DNA of 64,000 nt. Origin: Candidatus Poseidoniaceae archaeon. Its GTDB lineage: Archaea > Thermoplasmatota > Poseidoniia > Poseidoniales > Poseidoniaceae. Below the pieces are notes generated by a model. The model had not been told where the DNA came from. It did no database searches and saw only the letters and a list, made by a program, of their open reading frames with translations. Shown here piece by piece: positions 49,118 through 59,625 of this stretch. Numbering within the stretch: position 1 is the stretch's first letter; every line of letters begins with the position of its first letter. The position numbers and the translations under genes are program-made. The stretch spans positions 164,084 through 228,083 of the forward strand of contig CASIBY010000003.1 of the NCBI GenBank assembly GCA_949373095.1. Direction: 5' to 3'.

Positions 49118-50146
49118 ATGGGCTGTAATTTGAAGGATTTAGCGCCGGCTGAAACCATCATCCTGTCCGAACTAGCGGGAAAAAAGGTAGGTATTGACGC
49201 CTTCCTCACCGCCTTCCAATTCCTCACTACAATGCGTGACCGCTCTCCTGAAGGTGACGGTCTCCCACTTCGCGATGCAAACGGGAATCCGGTGTCTCAC
49301 CTGATGGGGTTCCTCCACCGAACCACAACCTTGTTGAGTATTGGAATTAAACCTGTTTTCGTCTTTGATGGTGATTCGCCCGAATTGAAAGAAGAAGAAC
49401 TTGCGCAGCGTCGTGCTCGTCGCGAAGAAGCTGAACGCATTCACATTGAGGCTCTTGAAGCTGGAGACTTTCCTCTCGCCCAAAAAATGGCGCAACGCAT
49501 CGTTCATTATTCTCCACAGATGGTTGAAGAAACACAACAGTTACTGGACCTCCTTGGAGTCCCGTGGGTGACGGCAGCAGCAGAAGGGGAAGCCCAAGCA
49601 GCAGTCATGGCTGCAAAAGGGCAACTTGACGTGGTCGCAACCCAAGATTGGGATGCCTTGCTGTACGGTTCACCCGTACTTGTTCGTAATTTGATGGACG
49701 ATGGAACAAAGCGTTACGGACGAATCATTAACGCTCAGCAAATCAATCTTGAATCCATGTTGGAAGAACAAGATTTGTCTCGAGAGCAGCTTGTTGATTT
49801 GGCAATTATGATCGGTACTGATTTCCACCCGGGTATCAAGGGTATCGGGCCAAAGACGGGCCTGAAATTGATTCGCGAATACAAGACGTTGGAAGCTGTT
49901 TGTGAAGAGAAAGGCAAAGAATTACCAGAACGTCTTGATGAGATAAGGCAAATTTTCCTCAACCATCCCGTGGTTGATGTTGACGATGACCGCTTGGTCC
50001 AGGGCGACGTTGACCGTAAGGGACTGGTGAAGTTCTTGCAAGAAGATCGCCAATTTAGCCAGCGAAGGATGGATCAAGCCTTTGAGAAATTAACCCAAGC
50101 AGGCCTTCTTCGCGGAGCAGGTCAAACCTCGCTGTTTTCCTTCTGA
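49118..50146 (+). CDS. fen: Flap endonuclease 1
   Basis: IDAF..FQFL, PVFVFDG, EGEAQAA, TQDWD, GTDF..GIGPKTG, PIP box QTSLFSF. Confidence 0.97.
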   Translation: MGCNLKDLAPAETIILSELAGKKVGIDAFLTAFQFLTTMRDRSPEGDGLPLRDANGNPVSHLMGFLHRTTTLLSIGIKPVFVFDGDSPELKEEELAQRRARREEAERIHIEALEAGDFPLAQKMAQRIVHYSPQMVEETQQLLDLLGVPWVTAAAEGEAQAAVMAAKGQLDVVATQDWDALLYGSPVLVRNLMDDGTKRYGRIINAQQINLESMLEEQDLSREQLVDLAIMIGTDFHPGIKGIGPKTGLKLIREYKTLEAVCEEKGKELPERLDEIRQIFLNHPVVDVDDDRLVQGDVDRKGLVKFLQEDRQFSQRRMDQAFEKLTQAGLLRGAGQTSLFSF

Positions 50147-51165
50147 TGAAATCTCAGTGGACTTGCTAGGACTTCTACGTCGTCAACAGTCACAACTGCT
50201 CCTCGGGCAATGGACTGCGTGTCGTTGAGTGCCTCGTTTACCGTGTTGACCGGCGCACAGGGGATTCCCGCAAGCATCGATTCCAATTCCTCTCTGGAAT
50301 GAACAGCAATGTGTTTCTGAACCATGGCTTCCACAGCATCACGCTTTGCAATCCGCACACTGTTCTCCTGCCAGTTATCTGGAGCATTGAGTGCAAGAGC
50401 CTCATTCAAAATGTTCCACTGTCCTGTGGACCCAACGCCAATAGCAAACCATCCGTCATTCGCTTCGAAGACACGATAAGGCACAAGATTTGGGTGAGCG
50501 GTCCCCATTCGCCGAGGCGTATCGCCCGCTAGGGCATTGTGGCCTTGATTGACCAGGGCTGCTAGGGCAGTATCCCACAAAGAGATATCAATTCGTGAAC
50601 CTTCACCGGTTCGCTCCCTATGGTAGAGAGCTGCAAGAATTGAACTGACAGCATTCATTCCTGTCATGACATCTATCCATGCAACACCGACCTTTGCGGG
50701 TGGGCCATCTGCATCTCCAGTGATTGACATAATTCCCGACCTCGCTTGCATGGTGAGGTCAAATGCGGGCTCATCGCGTCGCGGGCCGTTCTGCCCATAT
50801 CCCGAAATGCTGCAAAGAATGACTCCCTTTGGGACTGGGCCAAGGTGCCGCTCAAATGTTCCCGGCCTGAAATTTTCAATCACTATATCAGACTGGGAGA
50901 TCAGAGATCGAAGACGGACTCGGTCTTCCTTGATGTTGCCTGACTGAATGTCCTTTCCTCGATTGCACGACAGAAAATAAGACGCAACGAGTTCACCGTT
51001 GAATCCTTTCTGGAAGGGGGGGCCCCATTCTCGCGTATCGTCACCCCATGGGGCTTCGATTTTCGTGACGTTTGCTCCGAGATCCCCAAGCGACTGGGCC
51101 GCATAAGGGCCTGCAAGAATTCTGGAAAGATCAAGAACGCGTATACCTTCAAGTGGGCGAAGCAT
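50122..51165 (-). CDS. Family III CoA transferase (CaiB/BaiF)
   Basis: PLEGIRVLDLSRILAGP, LGDLGA.V.KIE, NRGK, ENFRPG, SISGYGQ.GP. Confidence 0.95.
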   Translation of the reverse strand: MLRPLEGIRVLDLSRILAGPYAAQSLGDLGANVTKIEAPWGDDTREWGPPFQKGFNGELVASYFLSCNRGKDIQSGNIKEDRVRLRSLISQSDIVIENFRPGTFERHLGPVPKGVILCSISGYGQNGPRRDEPAFDLTMQARSGIMSITGDADGPPAKVGVAWIDVMTGMNAVSSILAALYHRERTGEGSRIDISLWDTALAALVNQGHNALAGDTPRRMGTAHPNLVPYRVFEANDGWFAIGVGSTGQWNILNEALALNAPDNWQENSVRIAKRDAVEAMVQKHIAVHSREELESMLAGIPCAPVNTVNEALNDTQSIARGAVVTVDDVEVLASPLRFHQKENSEV

Positions 51166-51253
51166 GAGCAGGGCTCGTGCGTGTTTCAAATGAACATATC
51201 CACTAAGGGGCGTTGTTCGAAGGGCATCATTGCCCTGTCAGATTTGAACGAAC

Positions 51254-51430
51254 TCAGTTCTTGTCTGCTTGGACTTGCTTGCGCACGTCCTGTGCAGTGT
51301 TCTTTGCTGTCTGCATGGCCTTGCGAACGCGAGTACCTGCAGCGGAGTTTCCTTTGTCATGCTTTGTAGCATCACCAAGGGAATCGGTCAAATCGTCAAT
51401 CATCTTCTGTACCATAGCCTCAACGGACAT
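51254..51430 (-). CDS. Histone H1-like Hc1-family small protein (58 aa, not in ORF track)
   Basis: Hand translation MSVEAMVQKMIDDLTDSLGDATKHDKGNSAAGTRVRKAMQTAKNTAQDVRKQVQADKN; KGNxAAGTRVRK signature. Confidence 0.85.
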   Translation of the reverse strand: MSVEAMVQKMIDDLTDSLGDATKHDKGNSAAGTRVRKAMQTAKNTAQDVRKQVQADKN

Positions 51431-51608
51431 AAAGCCGGCTCGGAAAGTCGGTTCTTATGTATTGCCGTGGGATATCATGAGTATTGGCTCCTAATGAGGC
51501 ATTTGGCTTCTTCCAGCAGTGGGGATTAATTCGGAGGTGCTAGAACAGTCAACTTTTCCGAGGGGTTGAAAACCCTCACCATTGAGCATACCCTAAGGGG
51601 GACATCAA

Positions 51609-54278
51609 GTGGGCTTTACTCGACGTTCAACACAACCAGACCCAGACCCTGTTTCAACACGAGAATGGATGGATTCCATTCGGGCAGTCAAGGAACAGCT
51701 TGGTGAAGAAGAAGCACGACGCCTTCTTCACGCTACTTTAGAGGCTGCTCGTGAGGCAGGAGTCGACGTTGACGTCGTCAATACGCCATATCTAAACAGC
51801 ATCCATCCTGATGATCAGGGCACCTATCCTGGAGACCTAGACCTCGAAGAACGCCTTCATGGAATTCTACGATGGAACGCTATGATGTTGGTAACCCGTG
51901 GAAACAAGTATTTTGAAGGAATCGGCGGCCATATTTCCACCTATGCTTCTGCGTCCCATGCTTGGGAAGTCGGATTCAATCATTTCTTCCGAGGTAAAGA
52001 CGGGGACGGCTCTGGCGACCACCTCTACTGGCAAGGGCATGCTTCTCCTGGAATTTATGCACGTGCGTGGCTCGAAGGACGCCTTACTCTGGAAAACATG
52101 GAACAATTCCGACAAGAAGTCGCCGGCGGAGGCCTCTCTTCCTACCCCCATCCTCGCTTGATGCCTGATTTCTGGGAATTTCCTTCAGTGAGCATGGGGC
52201 TTGGTGCAATGACGGCAATCCATCAGGCCCGCTTTAATCGCTATCTCGAAGACCGAGGCCTTGTCACTACGGCAAACTCCAGAGTTTGGTACACCATGGG
52301 TGATGGAGAATCCGATGAGCCAGAATCCCTTTCCCAACTATCTCTTGCAGGAAGAGAAGGGTTGGATAACATTGTCATGACGATGAATTGCAACCTCCAA
52401 CGTCTTGACGGACCAGTGCGAGGAAACTCAAAGATTGTGCAAGAACTCGAAGGACGATTCCGTGGCTCTGGCTGGAACGTAATCAAGGTTCTTTGGGGCA
52501 GTTCTTGGGACGACCTTTTTGCTCGGGACTCAGCAGGATTGTTGGCGTCTCGTCTCGCTTCGCTCGTTGATGGAGATGAACAGCGGATCATGACTGCTGA
52601 CGGCGCTATAATTCGCAAAGAACTGTTCAATACTGATGGATTGAGCAATCTTGTTTCTCATCTTAGCGACGATGACCTTGTTGACTTGTGCGCTGATGTT
52701 GGTGGACACGATTTCGTCAAGCTCCATGCTGCATATGCGCAGGCTTCTGCTCACAAAGGCCAGCCGACCGTCGTCATCATTCGAACCATCAAAGGATATG
52801 GACTCGGGCCAGCCTTTGCAGGACGAAACACGACCCACCAAAAGAAGAAGGCTGGCATGGAAACGATGCAGTTCATGCGAGATGACCTCGGGCTTTCCTT
52901 CACGGACAGTGATTTGGAATCATATCCGTACGTTCTTCCCGAAGATGTTCCCGACCTGGTTGCTTATGCAAAGGAACGTCGAACTGCACTTGACGGTTTC
53001 ATGCCTTCAAGAACCGTTCCCGATGAAACCATCACCCTTCCCGCAGAGCAAGCATATGCAGGTTTTGATGAAGGCACGAAAGGGACATCTGAAGTCTCTA
53101 CGACCATGGCTTTCGTCAGAGTGCTTCGCTCCCTCATGAAGGACAAAGATTTCGGTGAGCGTGTTGTGCCTATCATTCCTGATGAAGCGCGTACCTTCGG
53201 TATGGACCCGTTGTTCTCTGAATTTGGAATTTATCATCCAGAGGGGCAATTGTACAAACCCGTCGACCACAAGGTATTGATGAAGTACAAAGAATCCGAA
53301 CAGGGACAACTGTTGGAAGAAGGAATCAATGAAGCCGGAGCGACCTCGACCTTCATCGCCTCAGCGACTTCCTACGCAACTCACCATTACCCCACAATAC
53401 CGTTCTACACCTTCTATTCCATGTTTGGATTCCAGCGGGTTGCGGACTTGATTTGGTCGGCTGCAGATCAGCGCGCTCGAGGCTTCCTCATGGGAGCCAC
53501 ATCGGGTCGCACGACCCTCAATGGAGAAGGATTGCAACATCAAGACGGTCATTCGTTACTCATGGCGCACACCAATCCTGCCGTTCGTGCCTGGGACCCA
53601 GCATTTGCTTACGAGTTGGCCACCATCATCCGTCACGGAATCGATGAAATGTATGCCCAAAATAAGGACGTCATTCACTACATTGCGGTTTACAATGAAA
53701 ATTATCCGATGCCCCCGAAGCCAAAAGGCGTGGACGAAGGAATCGTGCGGGGAATGTATCTGTTGCGCGGTGCTCCAAAGGGCGAGGGCCCTGTAGTTCG
53801 CCTCGTCGGTTCAGGGCCGATTATGGTTCAAGTGTTGGACGCAGTTGAGAAGTTGGAAACCTTTGGCGTCCGATGTGAGATTTATTCTGCCACCTCCTAC
53901 GGAGAAATGCGTCGTGAGGGGCTTGAATGTGACCGATGGAATCGTCTTCATCCGAGCGAGGAAGCCCGAAAACCGTGGATTGAGGACCTTCTTTCAGAAT
54001 CTCTCCCAACCATTGCAGTTTCAGATAATATGGCAGCAGTCCCTGACATGATTCGTCAATGGGTGAACGGGCATTACACTGTTTTGGGAACGGACGGATT
54101 TGGGCGTTCGGACACTCGCGAGGCCCTTCGTCGCTTCTTTGAAATTGACGGTGCAGCAATCGCTCTTGCTGCTCTTTCGTCCCTGGTAAGAGACGGTTCA
54201 ATCGAAGCCAAAGTGTACTCAAAAGCAGAGAAAAATTTCGGTATTTCAACTGAACGAAACGACATTACTGAATTGTGA
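51609..54278 (+). CDS. aceE: Pyruvate dehydrogenase E1, homodimeric type
   Basis: DPDP..TREW, GGHISTYAS, QGHASPGIYARA, GDGESDEPES, EGINEAG, GEGLQHQDG, GTDGFGRSDTR. Confidence 0.97.
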   Translation: MGFTRRSTQPDPDPVSTREWMDSIRAVKEQLGEEEARRLLHATLEAAREAGVDVDVVNTPYLNSIHPDDQGTYPGDLDLEERLHGILRWNAMMLVTRGNKYFEGIGGHISTYASASHAWEVGFNHFFRGKDGDGSGDHLYWQGHASPGIYARAWLEGRLTLENMEQFRQEVAGGGLSSYPHPRLMPDFWEFPSVSMGLGAMTAIHQARFNRYLEDRGLVTTANSRVWYTMGDGESDEPESLSQLSLAGREGLDNIVMTMNCNLQRLDGPVRGNSKIVQELEGRFRGSGWNVIKVLWGSSWDDLFARDSAGLLASRLASLVDGDEQRIMTADGAIIRKELFNTDGLSNLVSHLSDDDLVDLCADVGGHDFVKLHAAYAQASAHKGQPTVVIIRTIKGYGLGPAFAGRNTTHQKKKAGMETMQFMRDDLGLSFTDSDLESYPYVLPEDVPDLVAYAKERRTALDGFMPSRTVPDETITLPAEQAYAGFDEGTKGTSEVSTTMAFVRVLRSLMKDKDFGERVVPIIPDEARTFGMDPLFSEFGIYHPEGQLYKPVDHKVLMKYKESEQGQLLEEGINEAGATSTFIASATSYATHHYPTIPFYTFYSMFGFQRVADLIWSAADQRARGFLMGATSGRTTLNGEGLQHQDGHSLLMAHTNPAVRAWDPAFAYELATIIRHGIDEMYAQNKDVIHYIAVYNENYPMPPKPKGVDEGIVRGMYLLRGAPKGEGPVVRLVGSGPIMVQVLDAVEKLETFGVRCEIYSATSYGEMRREGLECDRWNRLHPSEEARKPWIEDLLSESLPTIAVSDNMAAVPDMIRQWVNGHYTVLGTDGFGRSDTREALRRFFEIDGAAIALAALSSLVRDGSIEAKVYSKAEKNFGISTERNDITEL

Positions 54279-54314
54279 TGGGGTGCAAAAAACGCTATTT
54301 TGCGTCAATGCGAG

Positions 54315-55097
54315 TTATGCCTGAGGCGGTCTCCATGTACCTGCTTCTTTTGCAAAATCAAGAAGATGACAATAGAGCGTGACCAGGTTTACTCGTTGGT
54401 TGCTCACTTCAAACGCTTCATCTTCTTGTAGGGGGATAGGTGCGTTATTCCAAGCCTTTTTTGCTATGAGCGAAAGAGGAAAACGGAACAGAGCTGGACC
54501 CGTTACTGGTAAGCCAAGCCTTGTGTTCCACGGACGTTCGATCACTCCTGCTAGAAACATCGCTGAGGTAACGGATTTCCATGAGTTGCCGCCCGTTTTA
54601 TGACGCACCAGCCAAGAGGGGTTGACCGAGGAATCAACTGTATATCCGTGGTCGGCCAATACTTGGGCCATCCACGGGGCGACGTATCCGTTTGGGGCTC
54701 GGAAAAACGGTCGAAACGAAGGGCCAGCTGCCTGTTGAATAAGGGCGGTGGATGTTGTTAACATTGCACTGAAACCTTCAACGTCTTCGCCCCAAGCCGA
54801 CCATGAGCGATGACTGTGGCCGTGACACCCTACGGTGAGTCGCTCACCAAAGGTGGCGAGAAGACCATTAAAAAGAGAACAAAAAACATCATTTTCAAGT
54901 AAGTCAGTGATCAAAAAAAGAGTCACAGCATAATCGTGACTTGCCATCCAACTCCGGAATCCTTCAATGCCAAGGACGTACTCAGGAGAGAGTTCTGTGT
55001 TGGAATTGAGGAACTGTTTCTTGCTCCTTGTGGGGTGGCCTTGGTATTGAGGCAGATGCCGAAAATCATCACTGTCTACGGTGTACCATGTCCTCAT
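54315..55097 (-). CDS. Polysaccharide deacetylase family protein
   Basis: TVDSDD, GCHGHSH, FRAP, DSS motifs. Confidence 0.82.
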   Translation of the reverse strand: MRTWYTVDSDDFRHLPQYQGHPTRSKKQFLNSNTELSPEYVLGIEGFRSWMASHDYAVTLFLITDLLENDVFCSLFNGLLATFGERLTVGCHGHSHRSWSAWGEDVEGFSAMLTTSTALIQQAAGPSFRPFFRAPNGYVAPWMAQVLADHGYTVDSSVNPSWLVRHKTGGNSWKSVTSAMFLAGVIERPWNTRLGLPVTGPALFRFPLSLIAKKAWNNAPIPLQEDEAFEVSNQRVNLVTLYCHLLDFAKEAGTWRPPQA

Positions 55098-55678
55098 GGT
55101 GCCTCACCACGCCCAATATCGACGAGGTGAAGATGATGGGGGACGGTCCGTTCGTTGAATTCGATTCCAATAAATTGTTCAAGCCGTTCACCGTTCCAGC
55201 GGTTGCAAATTGCACTGGCGGTAGCTAATCCTGCTTCATTGTGCGGATGAACTGCAATTTCCACGACAACTCCATCTCCACGATGCTTTAACCAATCAAA
55301 CACAGCATCTACGCAAAGAGTTGCAATGCCTTGCTTTTGATGGTCTTTGCGAACCCAGTACCCAAGATTGTATTTGGCATGCAAAGATTGTAATTCATCT
55401 CCTAATCCGAGCAATCCGATGAATTTCTTAGTTTCAGCCTGATGGATGGACCAGAAATGGAGTTGGTCTGTTCCATTTTGCGCTTGAATGTCAAAAAGCA
55501 TGTCGCGAAGTTGACGGCGGATATCCTCGGTGGGGTTAAGCCATGGAAGTGCGGTTTGAGCGGCTACTGGATCTTCATGATATGTCTCAAGAAGGTCCGT
55601 CAAAATATTGTTTTTTGCAGGATTGAGGATGATGCCATTTTCCAAGCGCAGTGTTGGTGTCTGAGTCATTTCATTCAC
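55094..55678 (-). CDS. GNAT N-acetyltransferase (RimJ/RimL-like)
   Basis: LPW, FIGLLG, NLGYWV..HQKQGIAT, HPHNEAG. Confidence 0.85.
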   Translation of the reverse strand: MNEMTQTPTLRLENGIILNPAKNNILTDLLETYHEDPVAAQTALPWLNPTEDIRRQLRDMLFDIQAQNGTDQLHFWSIHQAETKKFIGLLGLGDELQSLHAKYNLGYWVRKDHQKQGIATLCVDAVFDWLKHRGDGVVVEIAVHPHNEAGLATASAICNRWNGERLEQFIGIEFNERTVPHHLHLVDIGRGEAP

Positions 55679-56827
55679 CTAACCGAGCAGTTGAGACCGT
55701 GCCTGAAGAACTTGAGGATTATTGGGGTGGACATATGCGGCCATATCAAGCGTCCACTTCACATGGTCGTGACGTCCCAAGTGTTGCATAAGGACCGAGA
55801 TGTGCAACAGCATATTCAGGTTTTCATGAAGATGCGGTCCAAGCGTGTCGAGCGTTGTCGCCGCCTCGTTCATTCGCCCGTGCTTGATGTGTTCCATCGC
55901 TTCTACCACTTCTTGGTACACGCGGTGGTCATCCCATGCTTCACCTTGAGGCCAAGGCCATATGCGATTGTTATCAATCGGGGGTGCGGGCGTTTGTTCC
56001 TGAGGTTGTGCGGAGGGAGGTGCTTCAATCGGTTGAGCAACTTCATCATCATCCGGTAAATCGGGAAGAGCGCTTTCTTGGCTCTGAGGGGCTTGAGCAA
56101 CAGGAGTTCCTTCGGCTGTTGGGGCATGTAGCGGTTGCTCCGTTTGGATGTCAGAGGGCAACTCTGGGGTAGAAGTGACTTCAGTTTCCATGGCCGTTGC
56201 TTGAGCAAGAGAGGAATGTACTGGCTCTTCGTCAGGAAGGTCAGGTAGGTCGGGGGTTACATCTCCAGCATTTGGGCCGACACTTCCCAGCAGGTCGTCG
56301 TCATTCGCTGTTGGTGTAGATGGAGAGTACAAGCCCCCTTTGCCGGTATGGATAGGCTCTGCAACTTCTGCAAAGGGGTCTGTCTTTTCGATTTCAAACA
56401 TGACCGAAGCAGTTGGAGCATCGCTGGGTTGCAATTCAACCTCTTCCTCTTCCTCGCTGGAAACGGTTTCGGAAAGGGTAGGGCCGTCTCCCTCAATGAA
56501 TTGAAACGCCTCAGGAATTTCTTCTCCGTCTTCGTTGGTTTCAGTGGTGGCGAGTTCGTACTGGTCGACGTCAACGGTAACATCCTCAAGCGATAGCACG
56601 GCTTCAACTACCTCGCCTGCCTCATCAAGAATCTCATTGTCCCCGAGAAGAAGACTCATGATTTCTTCGCCTGTTGCAGTAGGTTCAGCCATCGGCTGTT
56701 CCCGGGCAGATTTGTTGAGGGAGTAATAGCACTGAGCGCATGTTTCAGCCCCTTCCTCATTCAGATATCCGCAATAGGGGCAAGGCTGACCATCGGTCAC
56801 CTTCTCCTTCTTTTTGCGACCGAACAT
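55679..56827 (-). CDS. Zinc-ribbon protein with acidic/Pro-rich linker and TPR-like C-terminus
   Basis: CPYCGYLN..CAQC, low-complexity middle, helical C-terminal domain. Confidence 0.7.
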   Translation of the reverse strand: MFGRKKKEKVTDGQPCPYCGYLNEEGAETCAQCYYSLNKSAREQPMAEPTATGEEIMSLLLGDNEILDEAGEVVEAVLSLEDVTVDVDQYELATTETNEDGEEIPEAFQFIEGDGPTLSETVSSEEEEEVELQPSDAPTASVMFEIEKTDPFAEVAEPIHTGKGGLYSPSTPTANDDDLLGSVGPNAGDVTPDLPDLPDEEPVHSSLAQATAMETEVTSTPELPSDIQTEQPLHAPTAEGTPVAQAPQSQESALPDLPDDDEVAQPIEAPPSAQPQEQTPAPPIDNNRIWPWPQGEAWDDHRVYQEVVEAMEHIKHGRMNEAATTLDTLGPHLHENLNMLLHISVLMQHLGRHDHVKWTLDMAAYVHPNNPQVLQARSQLLG

Positions 56828-56969
56828 CTACTCACCCAGTCATCGGCTGTACAATCTTGGTTTAAGAATGCGGGTTTCCCGATTAACCAACGCATCATTC
56901 CAGAGGCATATGCTGATGAAGCGAGGCGACTTGGTTGTCGTCATGGGGCGCAAAGGTTCAGTGCATCGG

Positions 56970-58955
56970 ATGAACAATGCGGCAATGCCGGATGTTCCGA
57001 TGGCTAAGGGAGAGCCCATGCCTGATCGTTGGCGGAAAAGTCAGGACCACTTTCAACGTTTTACAGAGCTCATCAAACAAGAATTGGACGATGAAACTCA
57101 ACTGGTCGAAGAACGGTGGAAAACCTGGACTAAACAGCGTTTGGTCGTTGCTGGAGTGGCAATTTTTGATCTCAGTGCAAGACCACAGGGCCGCTTCTTT
57201 GGCGACGATATTATCGTGTTTGAAACACAGCGTGGTGACCGAATGCCGAACCATCGGTTTGGGCCGGGTGACATCGTGTTGATTTCTCGTTCCAGGCCAT
57301 GGGGGGAGAAAGTCGTAGAAGGCGTTGTTCTGGACCGCGGTCCAACACGCATACGAATTGTGGTTAAGGAACGGCCTAAAGATGTCAAGAAAGGTGGATG
57401 GCGCTTGGATCGCGGGGCAAACCGTGTAGCCCATGACCGAATGCATGAGGCCCTCATCGGCTTCCATTCAACCGAAGGTGAAAGCGGCACCGTGCTAAGA
57501 GACCTTCTCCTAGCGAATGTTTTGGATGTCAATGAAAGTGCTTCACTCCCTCCAGATATTCGGGGAAAACCTTCCCTTCGGGCTCCTCGACCGAATGTTT
57601 CCCACCTCAACGCCTCGCAACAACAGGCCATCGAGTTGGGTCTTTCTCAACGCTTGACGCTCATTCAAGGCCCACCTGGGACCGGAAAAACCTACACTGC
57701 CGTCCATCTTCTCAATACTATGGCCCATTTGGGCAGCGGCCCGTTATTGGCTACTGCCGAGTCCAATGTTGCCGTAGATAATTTGCTCGAAGGCCTCCTT
57801 GATTTAGGCGTCAAAGCCTTGCGCATAGGCCGTCCTGTAAAAGTCCGAGAAGCGCTGCGAGATGCAACGCTTGACGCTCTTGTTGAACAGCACCCGATGC
57901 AAGAGGAACTCGCCTTTCTTCATGATGAACAACGGCAACTTCGCAAGGCACTCCCTTCATTGAGGGGGAAAGAAAAAGGGTTGATGCACAAAGATATCAG
58001 TATTAATCAACGAGAAATACGGCGCCTTGAGACCAATATGATGGCGAGTATTTTGGATGAAGCAGAAGTGATTTGTGCTACGACTATCGGATGTGGTCAC
58101 AGATTATTGGAGTCCAGAAAATTCCCAATAGTTCTCATGGATGAGGCCACTCAGGCCAGTGAGCCCAGTGCATTGGTTCCTATTGTGAAGGGATGCAGGC
58201 AATTGATTCTCGTTGGTGACCATCAACAACTGCCGCCAACGGTGATCAGTCGACGTGCTGAGCAGGGTGGGTTAAATCGGTCACTTTTCGAACGATTAAT
58301 TGCTTGCGAGCTTACTTCCACGATGCTTACGACACAATACCGAATGCATCCGGTCATGCGCGAGTACCCGAGCGCCCGATTTTACGAGAACAGACTGGAA
58401 GATGGATGCGCATCTGCGGACCGCCCAGCTCCGGCAGGATTTTTATGGCCGGATTGGGATCGTCCAATGGCCTTCATACCGATAGAGGGAGCGGAAGTCC
58501 AAGATGAGGAAGGAAAAAGCCGATCCAATCCCGATGAAGCGGCAAAAGTCATTGGCATCGTCGATGAATTGCTTGCTATGGGCGATATTCAAGCCAGTGA
58601 AATAGGAATCGTCACTCCGTATAATGGACAAGTCCGACTGCTCTCCTCATTGTTTGAACAAGCAGGTGGATTGGAACCTGGTCAGCGTTATAGCGGCTTA
58701 GAGATCAAGAGTGTTGATGGCTATCAAGGGCGAGAAAAAGACGTCATTGTATTTTCCACCGTACGTGCTAACGACGCAGGTGAAATTGGTTTCTTGTCCG
58801 ACCATCGTCGCCTCAATGTTGCAATTACGAGGGCAAAGCGTGGCCTAATTGTTCTGGGCCATCCTACTACACTACGTCACGACCCAACTTGGCGGGCATA
58901 TTTGGATTGGGCCGATGAGAGTGGATTATTTGCTTGGCATCTGACGCACAGTTAG
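56970..58955 (+). CDS. Superfamily 1 helicase, UPF1/DNA2/IGHMBP2-like
   Basis: QGPPGTGKT, SNVAVD, DEATQ, VGDHQQLPP, QYRMHP, VDGYQGREK, RLNVAITRAK; start uncertain. Confidence 0.93.
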   Translation: MNNAAMPDVPMAKGEPMPDRWRKSQDHFQRFTELIKQELDDETQLVEERWKTWTKQRLVVAGVAIFDLSARPQGRFFGDDIIVFETQRGDRMPNHRFGPGDIVLISRSRPWGEKVVEGVVLDRGPTRIRIVVKERPKDVKKGGWRLDRGANRVAHDRMHEALIGFHSTEGESGTVLRDLLLANVLDVNESASLPPDIRGKPSLRAPRPNVSHLNASQQQAIELGLSQRLTLIQGPPGTGKTYTAVHLLNTMAHLGSGPLLATAESNVAVDNLLEGLLDLGVKALRIGRPVKVREALRDATLDALVEQHPMQEELAFLHDEQRQLRKALPSLRGKEKGLMHKDISINQREIRRLETNMMASILDEAEVICATTIGCGHRLLESRKFPIVLMDEATQASEPSALVPIVKGCRQLILVGDHQQLPPTVISRRAEQGGLNRSLFERLIACELTSTMLTTQYRMHPVMREYPSARFYENRLEDGCASADRPAPAGFLWPDWDRPMAFIPIEGAEVQDEEGKSRSNPDEAAKVIGIVDELLAMGDIQASEIGIVTPYNGQVRLLSSLFEQAGGLEPGQRYSGLEIKSVDGYQGREKDVIVFSTVRANDAGEIGFLSDHRRLNVAITRAKRGLIVLGHPTTLRHDPTWRAYLDWADESGLFAWHLTHS

Positions 58956-58993
58956 AAGCGCAAATTGACAAAGGAGAACCCACGCCTAAGACC

Positions 58994-59560
58994 ATGGCCG
59001 ACAGTCCTATCACGATGGTTCAGGGAGGCGGAACGCTCGCTCAAACCGTTTTGGCTTCAGCACCAGAAGGAATGCTCATTGCTCCAGCATGGAAACGGGT
59101 TGCAGCGTTTATGCTCGATGTTGTGCTGATTAGCGTGGTCCTCTCATTTGCTACTGGAGGACGACTTCTAGCTGCCCTGTTCAACATGAGTCTCCTTACC
59201 GCCGATGTAAGGACAGGGGCCTTTTTCGTTTTGAATTGGTTTGTGTTTCTTTCTTCTTTTTATCTCTATTTCAAGTACACCGGACAAACCATCGGGAGGT
59301 CACTTGCCCAACGCGGATTTCGCATCGCCATTGTTCATGACAATGGAACGCTGCTTGAGCAACACCACTGGGGTCCACGAGCCATGGCCAAACTGATTTA
59401 CCTCATTCCTGCTGTAGGATGGCTGTATTTCGGTCTTCGTGATGCTTACAATGCCCAATCGTCAAAAGAAGAATATCGGACCAAGGTTGACCTCAAACAC
59501 CATACTGTTGCGGCTGTAGATTGGTCCTTGCCGTCCGAAACTCGTTTCGGTCTTCGCTGA
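58994..59560 (+). CDS. RDD family membrane protein
   Basis: APAWKRVAAFMLD, GRSLAQR..RIAIV. Confidence 0.8.
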   Translation: MADSPITMVQGGGTLAQTVLASAPEGMLIAPAWKRVAAFMLDVVLISVVLSFATGGRLLAALFNMSLLTADVRTGAFFVLNWFVFLSSFYLYFKYTGQTIGRSLAQRGFRIAIVHDNGTLLEQHHWGPRAMAKLIYLIPAVGWLYFGLRDAYNAQSSKEEYRTKVDLKHHTVAAVDWSLPSETRFGLR

Positions 59561-59625
59561 ATTTTATCAATTTCAAGCATGCTATTGAAGTACAGCCACC
59601 TCTCAGTAGTGGTTGGTGAGAATGT

